Below, in pieces: positions 1 through 9,551 of a stretch of DNA of 32,000 nucleotides (position 1 is the stretch's first letter; each line of letters opens with the position of its first letter). The position numbers were made by a program, and so were the translations under genes. The notes below the pieces were generated by a model. It worked only from the letters and a program-made list of their open reading frames with translations, was not told the origin of the DNA and did no database searches. The stretch comes from Candidatus Pacearchaeota archaeon (GTDB lineage Archaea > Nanobdellota > Nanobdellia > Pacearchaeales > UBA284). The stretch is taken from positions 1 through 32,000 of the forward strand of contig CP061211.1 in the NCBI GenBank assembly GCA_026016245.1, read 5' to 3'.

Positions 1-110
1 AAGAACCAGAAGAACCAATAGAAGAACCAGAAGAACCAATAGAAGAACCAGAAGAACCAATAGAAGAACCAGAGGAACTAGAAGAACCAGAAGAACCAGA
101 AGAACAGCCT
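1..110 (+). repeat. In-frame 21-nt tandem repeat (ATA GAA GAA CCA GAA GAA CCA; protein IEEPEEP), degenerate at its 3' end and continuing upstream of the window
   Basis: Direct reading of nt 1-110: three near-perfect units followed by degenerate GAGGAACTA/GAAGAACCA units. Confidence 0.9.
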
Positions 111-3100
111 GCTGAAGAACCTGTTGAAACTGAAATAGATATTCCAGATTTAACTGGAGCTGCTGTAGAAGAAGTTAGAGTGATAGATGGAATTTGTACA
201 ATAGAAGAATCTTTTATTTATGAGATAGATGAAGATGAATTTGCCCAGCTTATTCCTGGTAGCGTGATTTCCAAAAATGAAACATTGAAAGATTCTGTTA
301 TAAAAGTGATAAACAAAAAAACTGAAGTTGAGGTAACAACTAGCTATGCTGAAAAGGAATATGGTTATGGTTCTGATTTTCTTAGAGATAAAAAGATTAT
401 AGGTATTAATCTAAGTAAATTCAATTTTACAGTTTATGAACCTGGCACTTACAAATTTGATGTTAATTTTGTTTATTCAAATATTTCTTTGGCTTCTATT
501 TCCACAGAAGTTTTATTTGAAAATATAACTGAGATGGAACTTATGAATATTACAAATATTACTAACATAACAGAAATTAACGTAACTAATGTAACTAACT
601 TTACAATAACTTTTGTTGATAGAAAAGGAGAAGTGAAGGACATTATTGAGATTGAGTTTGATAAGAGTAAAGAACAGCTATTGAATCTCAAGGTGGCTGA
701 GACAAATATGATAGCTAGTATTATAGAGAAACAAGAAGAGATAAAAGAGGAAATTATAGAAAATAATTTTACAAAAGGAATAATAGGATTAGTTATTGTT
801 CAAGAATTATTGCCTGAAACTGAATTGAATATAGTAGAATTATCCCAGGACATAACTATTCAGATAGATTATCCTACATCAGAACAAGAAGTTATGGGCA
901 TTAAAACAGAAATTTTTGCTCTTGAGCCAACTAATGGACTTGTTTTAGAAGAGTCAATTATAACATTAGAAAAAGTTGAGGAAAATGTAACTTCTATATT
1001 ATATTGTTCTAAATGGGATATTGGATCTTTTTCATGTGATAATGATTGGTCAACTAAAAATATAGGGTTCTTGGATAATGGCACACATATTAGTTTTAAC
1101 ATAACAAGCTTTTCTGCTTATGCTGGTGGCAAGATCATGAATGTAACAAATATCACAAACATAACAGAGGTTTATTTGGAAATATGGGACGAAACAGATT
1201 ATGAAACAAAATATCCTGGCGATGAAGTTGGTTTTTATGCTAATTATAGAGACCAAGATGGAAATCAGATATTAAGTGGATGTAGTATTTTCTTTGATGA
1301 TAAAGAATATAGTATGCTTTTTATAGATCCTTTTTATGAATATATTAAGGTATTTGATTCTTCAGGAGAATTTGATTATAACCTTGTTTGTAATGTTTCT
1401 GAAGCAAGTGACATAGTAGAAATAAAGGAAGTTGAAAAAATAGAAGTAGAGAGAGGCCCTAATTGGGATGGTTATGAAAAAGAAGAAGGTATACACACAA
1501 GAATATTTTATTCAACCAGAGTAAATATAAAAGATTCTGATGGAAATTACTATCCTATTGATGATGTTGTCAAAATTGAGAAAATAAAAGAACATAAGTT
1601 TAATGTAAAATGGAGAGATAATGAGGTGGATATTAATATCATAGGACTTGGTCCAAATAATTTGCTATCAACAAAACTATACAAGCATGAAAAAGAGATT
1701 AGATATGATTATAAATTTAAAATAAATGATTCTAAATTTATCCCAAAAGTTCTCATAAAATCAAATAAAGAACTAGAACTATTAGAATATGGTTTTAGAT
1801 TAGAAGATATTGAATTTGATTTTTCAGAAAAAGCTAAGGAAGATTTTGATGTTAGAATACTAAATGAAGAAACAGGATACAGAATAACAGGATTAGCAGT
1901 AGAACAAAATATAAAAACCAAAACAGGAAGAGTAGAACTAGTGAAGGATTTCTCCAAAAAAGTAGGAGATTTTGTGATAATAGATCCTGTGATTAAATTA
2001 ACTTCTGGCAATGATTCAGCAGATATTCATGGTAGTGCACCTGCTCTGCCACCATCTCATGAATTACAGATGAAATGGGATATAAGTAGTATTCCTGATG
2101 ACTCCAGAATAGATGATGCAAAAGTTTGTTTATATATAATTGATAAACAAGGCAGTCCAGATAATGATGCAAATTTTTCAAGAGTAAATAACCAGACATG
2201 GGATGAAAGTATTGATGCAACAGGATATAATAATTTAGAAGAAACAAACATAACAAAACGCTATATATGGAGCAGCACAACTATTAACACATGGTCTTGC
2301 ATTAATGTGGCTGCCGCAGTATCAACAGATTATAATTTAGATAACCAGAATACAAGTTTTAGAATAGAAGATTTAGATGCTGTTATATCTTCTGTTGGAA
2401 AAATAAATGATTTAACTTACATGAGGTTTGGTGTAGAAGGATTTATGACTCCTGGACCTTTTCTTGATTTTGCTTCAAGAGAATACACTGAGACTGAGGG
2501 TTTAAAGCCTTATCTTAATATTACTTATACAGATATTGTAAACCCAAATATAGAATTTGTTTCTCCTACTCCTGGAAATGGAACAACACGATCAGAAGAT
2601 TATATTTATGTTAATGTTACTACAAGTGACACAAGTGATCATTATGCTGTCTTAGATTGGAATTATTCTTTAAGAGGATGGTGGAGATTTGAGAATAATG
2701 CTAATGATAACAGCACTTATAGTAATCATGGTGTTGTAAGTGGTGCAACTTATGAATCTTCAGGAAAATTTGGAGGAGCATATAATTTTGACGGAAGTGA
2801 TGATTCTGTAAATATATCAGATGCCACTGGTATAGGTTTAGAAGGTAGTGAATTTACTTTAACAACATGGGTAAAACCAAAGCAGTTAAAAAATTATGGT
2901 AATGCATTTGAGAAATTCCCATCAGCTTTGACATCTGGATGGGGGGTTATTACTTATGCTAATGGTAAATGGGATTTCCAAAGCAGAGATAGTTCTGGCT
3001 GGTCAAATATTAATGGTGGAGCAGCAGGATCTCTAGTTAATGGTGTATGGGCCTTCCTTACAGTAACTTATAATAGTACTCATGTCAGAACTTATACCAA

Positions 3101-5750
3101 CACAAATCTTGTTTCAACAGTTGCAAGAAGTCAAATTGTAGATAATGCTCTTGACTTGCATATTGGGTGTGATGCTGGCTATAACAGATATTTTAGTGGG
3201 ACCATAGATGAAGTTCAGATTTATGACAGGGCCTTGTCTATAAAAGAAATTAGAGCAAGTTATAATGCTGGCTCATATAGACTTGAAAATAATTTTACTA
3301 ATTTATCAAATGGAGAATACAAGTTTAGGGCTTATGCCATTGATATAAGTGGAAATACAAATCAGACAGAAGAAAGACAAGTAAATGTACATTTATGCGG
3401 CTGTAATAATGGAACATATAATTATATCTGTGGTGAAACAATAACAAGTTCTTGTACAATGAACTGTGATTTAAATGCCTCTGGAACTTGTTTTACAATT
3501 GGAGCAGATGATATTATAGTAGATGGAGATGGATATACAATCAATTACTCTTCTTCAAGTACTGGATATGGAATAAACAACTCAGCAGGTTATGACAACA
3601 TAACAATAACCAACTGCACAATCAATCAAACCAATGCTTCTGTGTGGAGCTTTGGTATAGTCTTAAATGAGTCTGATGACAGTACAGTAGAATATTGTAA
3701 TATGACAAATGGCAAGGCAGGAATTCTTGTCATGAATTCTTTTAATACAACTATTCAGCATAATTATGGATATAAATTTGATTATGGAGCAGCAACAGAG
3801 TGGGCAACTTGTGATCCTTTTAATGACACAATTCCTTACAAATTCTATGAATCTGGAATTTGGTTTGTTGAAAGCAGTAATGGAACAATATATAATAATT
3901 CAATTTATGGAGATGATTCTGAGTCAGGAGTTATGAATCATAATGGAACAGAAGCTGGAGTAACATTATGTAAAAGCAATTATACAAACATAACAGCAAA
4001 TAAGATTTATTATACAGATACTTTTGGATTTATTCTTTCTCAAAGCCATTATAATGATTTCTTTTATAATTTCATAAATGGCTCAAATACAACTGGTGCT
4101 CATAATACAAATGATGGGATTATCCTTGGAGGACCAAGTGGAGATGTTGATGCTGGAGCTTGCAATAATAATAATCTCAGCTTTAATGAGTTTTATGATT
4201 GTTCAGAATGGGGTCTTTTCCTAACAGGATCAAATAATAATACAATTTATAATAACACTGCAAATAGCAATACTGTTGGGATAAGAATTGGAGGAACTTC
4301 AAGTTCTAATAAAGTATATGATAATATTGTTAATGATAATACTGATTTTGGACTTGGAATAGAGGGAAATTATAATGAGGTAATAAACATTACAATCTTA
4401 TCAAATAATCAAAAAGGGATCCATATTTCTGATGCTTCTGCTCCAGGATATTGTCATGACAATATTATAATCAATGCAGAAATAGATTCAAGTGCTTTTG
4501 GAGTTTATATTAGTGCAGATAATCTTGCTGGATGTCAGGATAATATACTAAAAGATTCAAAAATAACAAACTCTGCAACAAAAGACATCTATGCATCAGC
4601 AGGTTTAGAAGGAACCCAGACTTTAAATGCAACTTTTTTAAATGTTTCCTTCAATAAAACCAGCATATTTTTTAGTCCAGAGCTTGAGAGTGGAGCTCTT
4701 TACATAAAATGGTATGTAGATGTTTATGTTAAAAATAAGCTAAATCAACCTATTGATCAAGCCAATGTAACTGCTTGGGATGTTAATAATACTTTAACAT
4801 TTACTAAATTAACAAACAGCTCAGGCTATATAGAAAGACAGAATGTAACTGAATTTTTTGAAAATGCGACAGGAAAATATTATTATACCAATTATAGCAT
4901 GAATGCAAGTAAAACTTCAGAAAATTATAAGGAAAAATCTCAAGAAGTTAATTTAACTATAAATAAACTTGTTATATTTATTTTAAATAGACCACCTACT
5001 AAACCTGTATTAATTAGTCCTGGAAATGAAAGCCATATAACAGATAGAACTCCTTTGTTTAATTGGACTAATGCTATAGATGAGGATGGTGATTCAATAC
5101 ATTATGTTTTGAATTTAACTTGTAATAAACAATTTGGTAATTGTGATCCTCTTGATAATAGATTTATTGAAAATATTGCTCAGTCAAATTATACCCCTAA
5201 TGATGATGAGTTTTTGAAAAATTTTTGGGATACTCTTGAATATTACAATTGGACTATTAAAGCGTGGGATGGTGAGGATTATGGTCCTGTTAGTGATGAA
5301 TGGCGTTTTAATATTGATAGTTTAGTAGCTGTAAGTCCGATAAATGATACATCTAATTTTGGTTCTATGCAACCTGGGACAAGCAATGATACTACTGATA
5401 ATAATCCATGGCCTGTTTCAATACAAAATGATGGAAATTGTTTTGTTAACATGAGTATTTATGCTACACAATTATGGGATATTACTCCTGCAACAAATGA
5501 ATCTTATCAATACAAATTTGATTTTTTAGAATCAAATTCATTTAATTGGAGCACTAGTACAATATCTTGGGCTAATATTCCAATTGGCTTTACAACACCT
5601 AATGTTTTAAATGAATTCAATTGGAGCTGGGATGATTTGAATGATAGCGCTGAATTAGATATTAAGCTTGCTCCATTAAGCAAAGAACCTCCCGGAGATA
5701 AAAATTCAATCATAACTCTAACAGGAACTTTTGAAGACATAGCAGAATAA
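1..5750 (+). CDS. Very large secreted/surface protein, 5' end outside window: Glu/Pro-rich repeat, DNRLRE-like beta region, LamG-like (concanavalin-fold) domain, NosD-type parallel beta-helix, Ig/FN3-like C-terminus
   Basis: The frame is open from nt 3 with no stop (translates EPEEPIEEPEEPIEEP...), so the supplied start at 180 (a GTG) is probably artificial. LamG-like segment at ~2660-3260 (WWRFENNANDNSTYSNHGVVSGA...FTLTTWVKPK...YFSGTIDEVQIYDRALSIKEI). Repeated N-x-(T/I)-I-x-(N) beta-helix rungs at ~3400-4650. C-terminal PPTKPVLISPGNESHITDRTPLFNWTNA. Confidence 0.85.
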   Translation, partial: EPEEPIEEPEEPIEEPEEPIEEPEELEEPEEPEEQPAEEPVETEIDIPDLTGAAVEEVRVIDGICTIEESFIYEIDEDEFAQLIPGSVISKNETLKDSVIKVINKKTEVEVTTSYAEKEYGYGSDFLRDKKIIGINLSKFNFTVYEPGTYKFDVNFVYSNISLASISTEVLFENITEMELMNITNITNITEINVTNVTNFTITFVDRKGEVKDIIEIEFDKSKEQLLNLKVAETNMIASIIEKQEEIKEEIIENNFTKGIIGLVIVQELLPETELNIVELSQDITIQIDYPTSEQEVMGIKTEIFALEPTNGLVLEESIITLEKVEENVTSILYCSKWDIGSFSCDNDWSTKNIGFLDNGTHISFNITSFSAYAGGKIMNVTNITNITEVYLEIWDETDYETKYPGDEVGFYANYRDQDGNQILSGCSIFFDDKEYSMLFIDPFYEYIKVFDSSGEFDYNLVCNVSEASDIVEIKEVEKIEVERGPNWDGYEKEEGIHTRIFYSTRVNIKDSDGNYYPIDDVVKIEKIKEHKFNVKWRDNEVDINIIGLGPNNLLSTKLYKHEKEIRYDYKFKINDSKFIPKVLIKSNKELELLEYGFRLEDIEFDFSEKAKEDFDVRILNEETGYRITGLAVEQNIKTKTGRVELVKDFSKKVGDFVIIDPVIKLTSGNDSADIHGSAPALPPSHELQMKWDISSIPDDSRIDDAKVCLYIIDKQGSPDNDANFSRVNNQTWDESIDATGYNNLEETNITKRYIWSSTTINTWSCINVAAAVSTDYNLDNQNTSFRIEDLDAVISSVGKINDLTYMRFGVEGFMTPGPFLDFASREYTETEGLKPYLNITYTDIVNPNIEFVSPTPGNGTTRSEDYIYVNVTTSDTSDHYAVLDWNYSLRGWWRFENNANDNSTYSNHGVVSGATYESSGKFGGAYNFDGSDDSVNISDATGIGLEGSEFTLTTWVKPKQLKNYGNAFEKFPSALTSGWGVITYANGKWDFQSRDSSGWSNINGGAAGSLVNGVWAFLTVTYNSTHVRTYTNTNLVSTVARSQIVDNALDLHIGCDAGYNRYFSGTIDEVQIYDRALSIKEIRASYNAGSYRLENNFTNLSNGEYKFRAYAIDISGNTNQTEERQVNVHLCGCNNGTYNYICGETITSSCTMNCDLNASGTCFTIGADDIIVDGDGYTINYSSSSTGYGINNSAGYDNITITNCTINQTNASVWSFGIVLNESDDSTVEYCNMTNGKAGILVMNSFNTTIQHNYGYKFDYGAATEWATCDPFNDTIPYKFYESGIWFVESSNGTIYNNSIYGDDSESGVMNHNGTEAGVTLCKSNYTNITANKIYYTDTFGFILSQSHYNDFFYNFINGSNTTGAHNTNDGIILGGPSGDVDAGACNNNNLSFNEFYDCSEWGLFLTGSNNNTIYNNTANSNTVGIRIGGTSSSNKVYDNIVNDNTDFGLGIEGNYNEVINITILSNNQKGIHISDASAPGYCHDNIIINAEIDSSAFGVYISADNLAGCQDNILKDSKITNSATKDIYASAGLEGTQTLNATFLNVSFNKTSIFFSPELESGALYIKWYVDVYVKNKLNQPIDQANVTAWDVNNTLTFTKLTNSSGYIERQNVTEFFENATGKYYYTNYSMNASKTSENYKEKSQEVNLTINKLVIFILNRPPTKPVLISPGNESHITDRTPLFNWTNAIDEDGDSIHYVLNLTCNKQFGNCDPLDNRFIENIAQSNYTPNDDEFLKNFWDTLEYYNWTIKAWDGEDYGPVSDEWRFNIDSLVAVSPINDTSNFGSMQPGTSNDTTDNNPWPVSIQNDGNCFVNMSIYATQLWDITPATNESYQYKFDFLESNSFNWSTSTISWANIPIGFTTPNVLNEFNWSWDDLNDSAELDIKLAPLSKEPPGDKNSIITLTGTFEDIAE

Positions 5751-5768
5751 AAGGAGGAATAAATAAAA

Positions 5769-6734
5769 ATGAGAAATAAAATAAAAAGAAGGAAAGAGGG
5801 AAAAAAGAAGATATTTTTATTAGTTATAACTTTTTTTATATTTACCTTCTTGTTTAGCAATGTTAATGCTCTTGGAATTACTCCTGGAAGAACTAGTTTT
5901 GAATTTGAACCAGATATTGAAAAAATAGTTGAATTTAGACTTGTTAATACTGAAAACAAAGCTATGAATATTTCTTTGAAAGTAGGAGGAGAATGGTCTG
6001 ATTTTGTCATTTTAAATCAGACATCTGTTAAATTTAATGCAGATGAATATATGAAAACTTTAAGTTATAAGGTTAGATTTCCTTCTAGTATTGATAGTGG
6101 AGGGATAAAAGCAAAAATAATTGCTTCAGAAACAGCTTCTAATAATTTAGCTCAAGGAACAACAATTGGTATAAATATTGCTGTAGAACATCAGCTTTAT
6201 GTTTTATCAAATATAACTGCCCCTGAAAAAGAGGAAATAAATGTTACTAAAGTATTTGTTAAGCACTATCAGAAAGGAGAACCTGCAAAAGTTGAAGTAG
6301 AAATAATAAATCCTTCAGCAGAGACAATGAAAAATGTTTATTCTACAATGCTGGTTTATGATAGATATGGCCTTCTTAGAAGCCAGTTTAATTCTACTCA
6401 TATAGATATTGAGCCAAATAAGACTGAGACAATAGAGGCTTATTGGGATACTTATGGTTTTGAAAAAGGGGATTATGGAGCCAATCTTATTATTTATTAT
6501 AATAATAAGACAGAAGAACAAGGCCTTATAATTTCTTTAGGTAGTGATAGAATAGAGATTGGTTTTGGGAAGTTTGAATTTGAAAAACATCCTACAGTTC
6601 CAATATCAATAACAGAAATTAAAAAAATAAATCCAGTGATAATAGCTCTTATTGTTGCTATTATCTTGTTTATTATTGTAGATATTATCGTCTTTATTTA
6701 TTTAAAAAAGAAAACGAAAAAAATCATAAATTAA
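5769..6734 (+). CDS. Secreted, C-terminally membrane-anchored protein with Ig-like/beta modules (321 aa)
   Basis: N-terminal hydrophobic signal (IFLLVITFFIFTFLFSNVNA), C-terminal TM (VIIALIVAIILFIIVDIIVFIYL) and basic tail KKKTKKI. AAAGGAGG ribosome binding site upstream of ATG 5769. Confidence 0.8.
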   Translation: MRNKIKRRKEGKKKIFLLVITFFIFTFLFSNVNALGITPGRTSFEFEPDIEKIVEFRLVNTENKAMNISLKVGGEWSDFVILNQTSVKFNADEYMKTLSYKVRFPSSIDSGGIKAKIIASETASNNLAQGTTIGINIAVEHQLYVLSNITAPEKEEINVTKVFVKHYQKGEPAKVEVEIINPSAETMKNVYSTMLVYDRYGLLRSQFNSTHIDIEPNKTETIEAYWDTYGFEKGDYGANLIIYYNNKTEEQGLIISLGSDRIEIGFGKFEFEKHPTVPISITEIKKINPVIIALIVAIILFIIVDIIVFIYLKKKTKKIIN

Positions 6735-6841
6735 TTTTGTTACATCAAGTAACATCAGCATCGGAGTAATAAACTAAACATTTAAATATTTCTTTTTTCT
6801 ATTAATTTTAATTTAAAAAGAGATAAAAAGAAAAAGAAAGA

Positions 6842-7072
6842 ATGGGAGATATTTCAAAGACAGTAGTTGTTATCCTTCTTATCGCCACTATTTTAGTTTC
6901 AGTTATTGGAACCTGGTTTATTTTGAATACTATAGATAATGCAATGGTGGGAGTTTCTACTGGGCAGATGAAAAGTACTGGGGGAGTTAGTGTCACAGTG
7001 GCTAATCCATCAGATTATATGTCTTCAGGAGCTGGGCAAGTAGGAGTTAATATTGAAAACCCCCCAGCTTAA
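6842..7072 (+). CDS. Small protein with N-terminal TM helix (76 aa), N-terminus similar to that of the next gene
   Basis: MGDISKTVVVILLIATILVSVIGTWFILNTIDN; A/T-rich promoter-like upstream region; codirectional with the cluster. Confidence 0.6.
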   Translation: MGDISKTVVVILLIATILVSVIGTWFILNTIDNAMVGVSTGQMKSTGGVSVTVANPSDYMSSGAGQVGVNIENPPA

Positions 7073-7101
7073 AAAGATATAGAAGATAAGAAGGTCAATA
7101 G

Positions 7102-7125
7102 AATAATATTAATTTAAATATTATT
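7102..7125. other. Perfect 9-bp inverted repeat AATAATATT-AATTTA-AATATTATT between two small envelope genes
   Basis: Direct base pairing of 7102-7110 with 7117-7125. Confidence 0.6.
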
Positions 7126-7154
7126 AAATTTATAAATCAAAGAAAAAAGAGAAA

Positions 7155-7799
7155 ATGGCTGAAATATCAAATAAATTCCTTGTGTTTTTGTTAGTAGTAG
7201 CTATTTTAGTAACAATTGTAGGAACTTGGTATAGTATTGACAGAGTTAATAGATTAGCAGGAGTGACAGGTTATGGAACAGCTGGTTATGTCAATGTTAC
7301 AATTACAGGAAAGATATCAATTAATATAACACAGCCTTATTGTGGTTTTGGAAGTGGGCATGTTACAGAAGGATATGACTATGCAATTCTAGCTCCTGGA
7401 TCAACAGGTGAACCGCCATGTTGTGAACTTGGGGATACAAAAGCAAACTGGACAAACACAACATCATATGCCCCAGATTGTATGGTAATAAAGAATGTAG
7501 GAAACACTAATGCAAAGATTAATGTAAGTTCAGATAAGGATGCAGCAACAATGATTGGAGGAAGTAGTCCAAATGTTACAGTATGGTTTGAGGATAAAAC
7601 TTCTGATGCTTGTATTGGTGGTGCTGGTCTGATAGGGTATCCTGGAAGTGAGATATCAACAGCAAACATAACAATATGTAATAGCTTAGACACAACTAAT
7701 GATGAGATGTATGTTGGCTGTTATCTAAAAATTCCAAAGGATGCAATAGCTAGTGCAAAAACAGCGGAATGGACATTTACTGGAACAGCAGCTCCATAA
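7155..7799 (+). CDS. N-terminally anchored secreted beta-rich protein (214 aa), similar N-terminus to the 6842 gene
   Basis: MAEISNKFLVFLLVVAILVTIVGTWYSIDRV resembles MGDISKTVVVILLIATILVSVIGTWFILNTI of the preceding gene; several Cys and N-glycosylation-type sequons (NTT, NIT). Confidence 0.75.
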   Translation: MAEISNKFLVFLLVVAILVTIVGTWYSIDRVNRLAGVTGYGTAGYVNVTITGKISINITQPYCGFGSGHVTEGYDYAILAPGSTGEPPCCELGDTKANWTNTTSYAPDCMVIKNVGNTNAKINVSSDKDAATMIGGSSPNVTVWFEDKTSDACIGGAGLIGYPGSEISTANITICNSLDTTNDEMYVGCYLKIPKDAIASAKTAEWTFTGTAAP

Positions 7800-7861
7800 A
7801 TAAAATTTTTAAATTTATTTAGAATTTATTTTTTTATTTATAAAAATCCAAAAAGAGAAGA

Positions 7862-9079
7862 ATGAACAAAAAGATTTTTATTTTTATTTTTTTATTTCTA
7901 TTTTTAGTAATAATATTCAATTCAACTTTAATTACTGCCCCAGGTATAGCTGGTGCTGTGTATGAAGTTCTTTTTTTTGAACCTGGACTAGAAAAAACAT
8001 ATGTTTATCATGTAGATTCCAATACTATTAGGCCAATGGATCATTATATTGATATGAATGGTGATCTAACACCATATTTTACTTTGAGTACTAGTGTTTT
8101 TGAAGATCTTGCTCCTGGAGAACTTAGAAGTTTTGAGGCTCATATGAAATTACCTCAAGAACTTGAGCCAGGAGAGCATAGATTATATATTTGCGCAACA
8201 GAGGCTGAAGGAAGAACCCCTGAGGGCGCAGGAGCAGGTATCGGAACCAGGGTAAGAGTTTGTGCTGTAATTATTGTAATTTCACCACATCTAGGCAAAC
8301 ATGTTGAAGTTTCTATGGATGTTGAAAATGTTGCTAAAGGCGAAGATGCTGAATTCAAACTTAATGTTTTTAATATAGGCACTGAAGCAATTGATATTCA
8401 TAGTGTGATAGATATTTATAGTCAAGAGGTTAGTGCTGGGAAAGAAACGAAAATTGTTACACTTAAAACAGATAAAGATTATTTAGTTAGTGGTCAAAAA
8501 ACAACTTTGAGTGCATCTCATAATACAAGTGATATGGATATAGGGGAATATAAGGTAAAGGCAATACTTTATTATGATGGACTTCAAGAAACTGTAGAAA
8601 AAACTTTCCGTGTTGGGGAACTTAATATTGAGATTTTGGAATTTACAGAAGAAGTATCTCAGAATCAGTTAAATCCTATAAATGTCAAAGTCAAAAACGG
8701 GTGGAAAGGTGAAATTAAGGATATTTATGCTTCTATTGAAGTCAAACACCCTACGAAGAATTTAGTTATAGCCACCATAAAAACTCCCCCAACTAATATT
8801 AAAGCGTGGGAAACAAGGAATCTTGTGGCTTATTGGGATACTACTGGAATTGAGACTGGGGAGTATGATGCTAAAGTTGTATTACATTATGAGGATAAAA
8901 CAACTGTAAAAGAGGGAAAAATAAAGGTAAAAGAATTTGTGGAAGGGCCAGCCATCTCTTTAACTGCCATCTTATTATTCATGCTTATAATTGCTGTTCT
9001 TGTATTAATTATTTTAATAATACATATGATGAAAAAAAGACAGGGACGAGTTGTGAAAAAGAAAAAGATTAAAAAATAG
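7862..9079 (+). CDS. Secreted protein with CARDB/Ig-like modules and C-terminal TM anchor (405 aa)
   Basis: Signal peptide (IFIFIFLFLFLVIIFNSTLITAPGIAGA), beta-rich repeats (VSMDVENVAKGEDAEFKLNVFNIGTEAIDIHSVID), C-terminal TM plus basic tail KKRQGRVVKKKKIKK. Confidence 0.8.
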   Translation: MNKKIFIFIFLFLFLVIIFNSTLITAPGIAGAVYEVLFFEPGLEKTYVYHVDSNTIRPMDHYIDMNGDLTPYFTLSTSVFEDLAPGELRSFEAHMKLPQELEPGEHRLYICATEAEGRTPEGAGAGIGTRVRVCAVIIVISPHLGKHVEVSMDVENVAKGEDAEFKLNVFNIGTEAIDIHSVIDIYSQEVSAGKETKIVTLKTDKDYLVSGQKTTLSASHNTSDMDIGEYKVKAILYYDGLQETVEKTFRVGELNIEILEFTEEVSQNQLNPINVKVKNGWKGEIKDIYASIEVKHPTKNLVIATIKTPPTNIKAWETRNLVAYWDTTGIETGEYDAKVVLHYEDKTTVKEGKIKVKEFVEGPAISLTAILLFMLIIAVLVLIILIIHMMKKRQGRVVKKKKIKK

Positions 9080-9098
9080 TAAAACATCAATAATTTAT

Positions 9099-9551
9099 AT
9101 GGTAAAGGCTAAGACAAGAACTAAAACTAAAAAAAAGATAAGATGGGGCAGGCTTTTTCTTATGCTTATCATAATTGCTATGGTAGTAACAGCCATAACA
9201 CAATTTCTTTATTATTATTTAAATTATCAATATGGCGTCAGGCAGAGACAGGTTTATGAGATGAAATTGAAGGTTGCTGATTATGTTGGTTTTAGCGTTG
9301 ATCCAGATATTTTAAATTTTGGAGTGGTTATGCCTTCAGGAGGATCAAAACGTTCTGTTGAGCTTTCAGCTGATGAGCCGACAAAAGTGAAGGTCATACT
9401 TAAAGGTGATTTAGCACCTTGGGTTATGGTTTCAGAGAATAATTTTGTTTTTGAAGGTGATAAGAGTATTGAATTTACAGCAGTAGTGCCAGAAGATGTA
9501 GAAGAAGGAGAATACACAGGAACAGCAATCATATTATTCAAGAAACCTTAA
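9099..9551 (+). CDS. Membrane-anchored protein with a single beta-rich extracellular module (150 aa)
   Basis: KKKIRWGRLFLMLIIIAMVVTAITQFLYYYL N-terminal TM. Module FSVDPDILNFGVVMPSGGSKRSVELSADEPTKVKVILKGDLAPWV... resembles modules in the 5769 and 7862 genes. Confidence 0.7.
   Translation: MVKAKTRTKTKKKIRWGRLFLMLIIIAMVVTAITQFLYYYLNYQYGVRQRQVYEMKLKVADYVGFSVDPDILNFGVVMPSGGSKRSVELSADEPTKVKVILKGDLAPWVMVSENNFVFEGDKSIEFTAVVPEDVEEGEYTGTAIILFKKP

Noticed and set aside
1-110. Possible CRISPR-like or intergenic satellite repeat
   Set aside because: The 21-nt units are directly adjacent with no spacers and are in frame with the downstream protein, so it is a coding tandem repeat.
180-182. Start codon of the first large CDS as given in the track
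   Set aside because: The frame is open back to nt 3 with repetitive Glu-Pro codons, so 180 (GTG) is unlikely to be the real start.
5507-6010. 167-aa minus-strand ORF
   Set aside because: Overlaps two well-supported plus-strand envelope genes; hydrophobic and Ser-rich shadow of AT-rich coding sequence.
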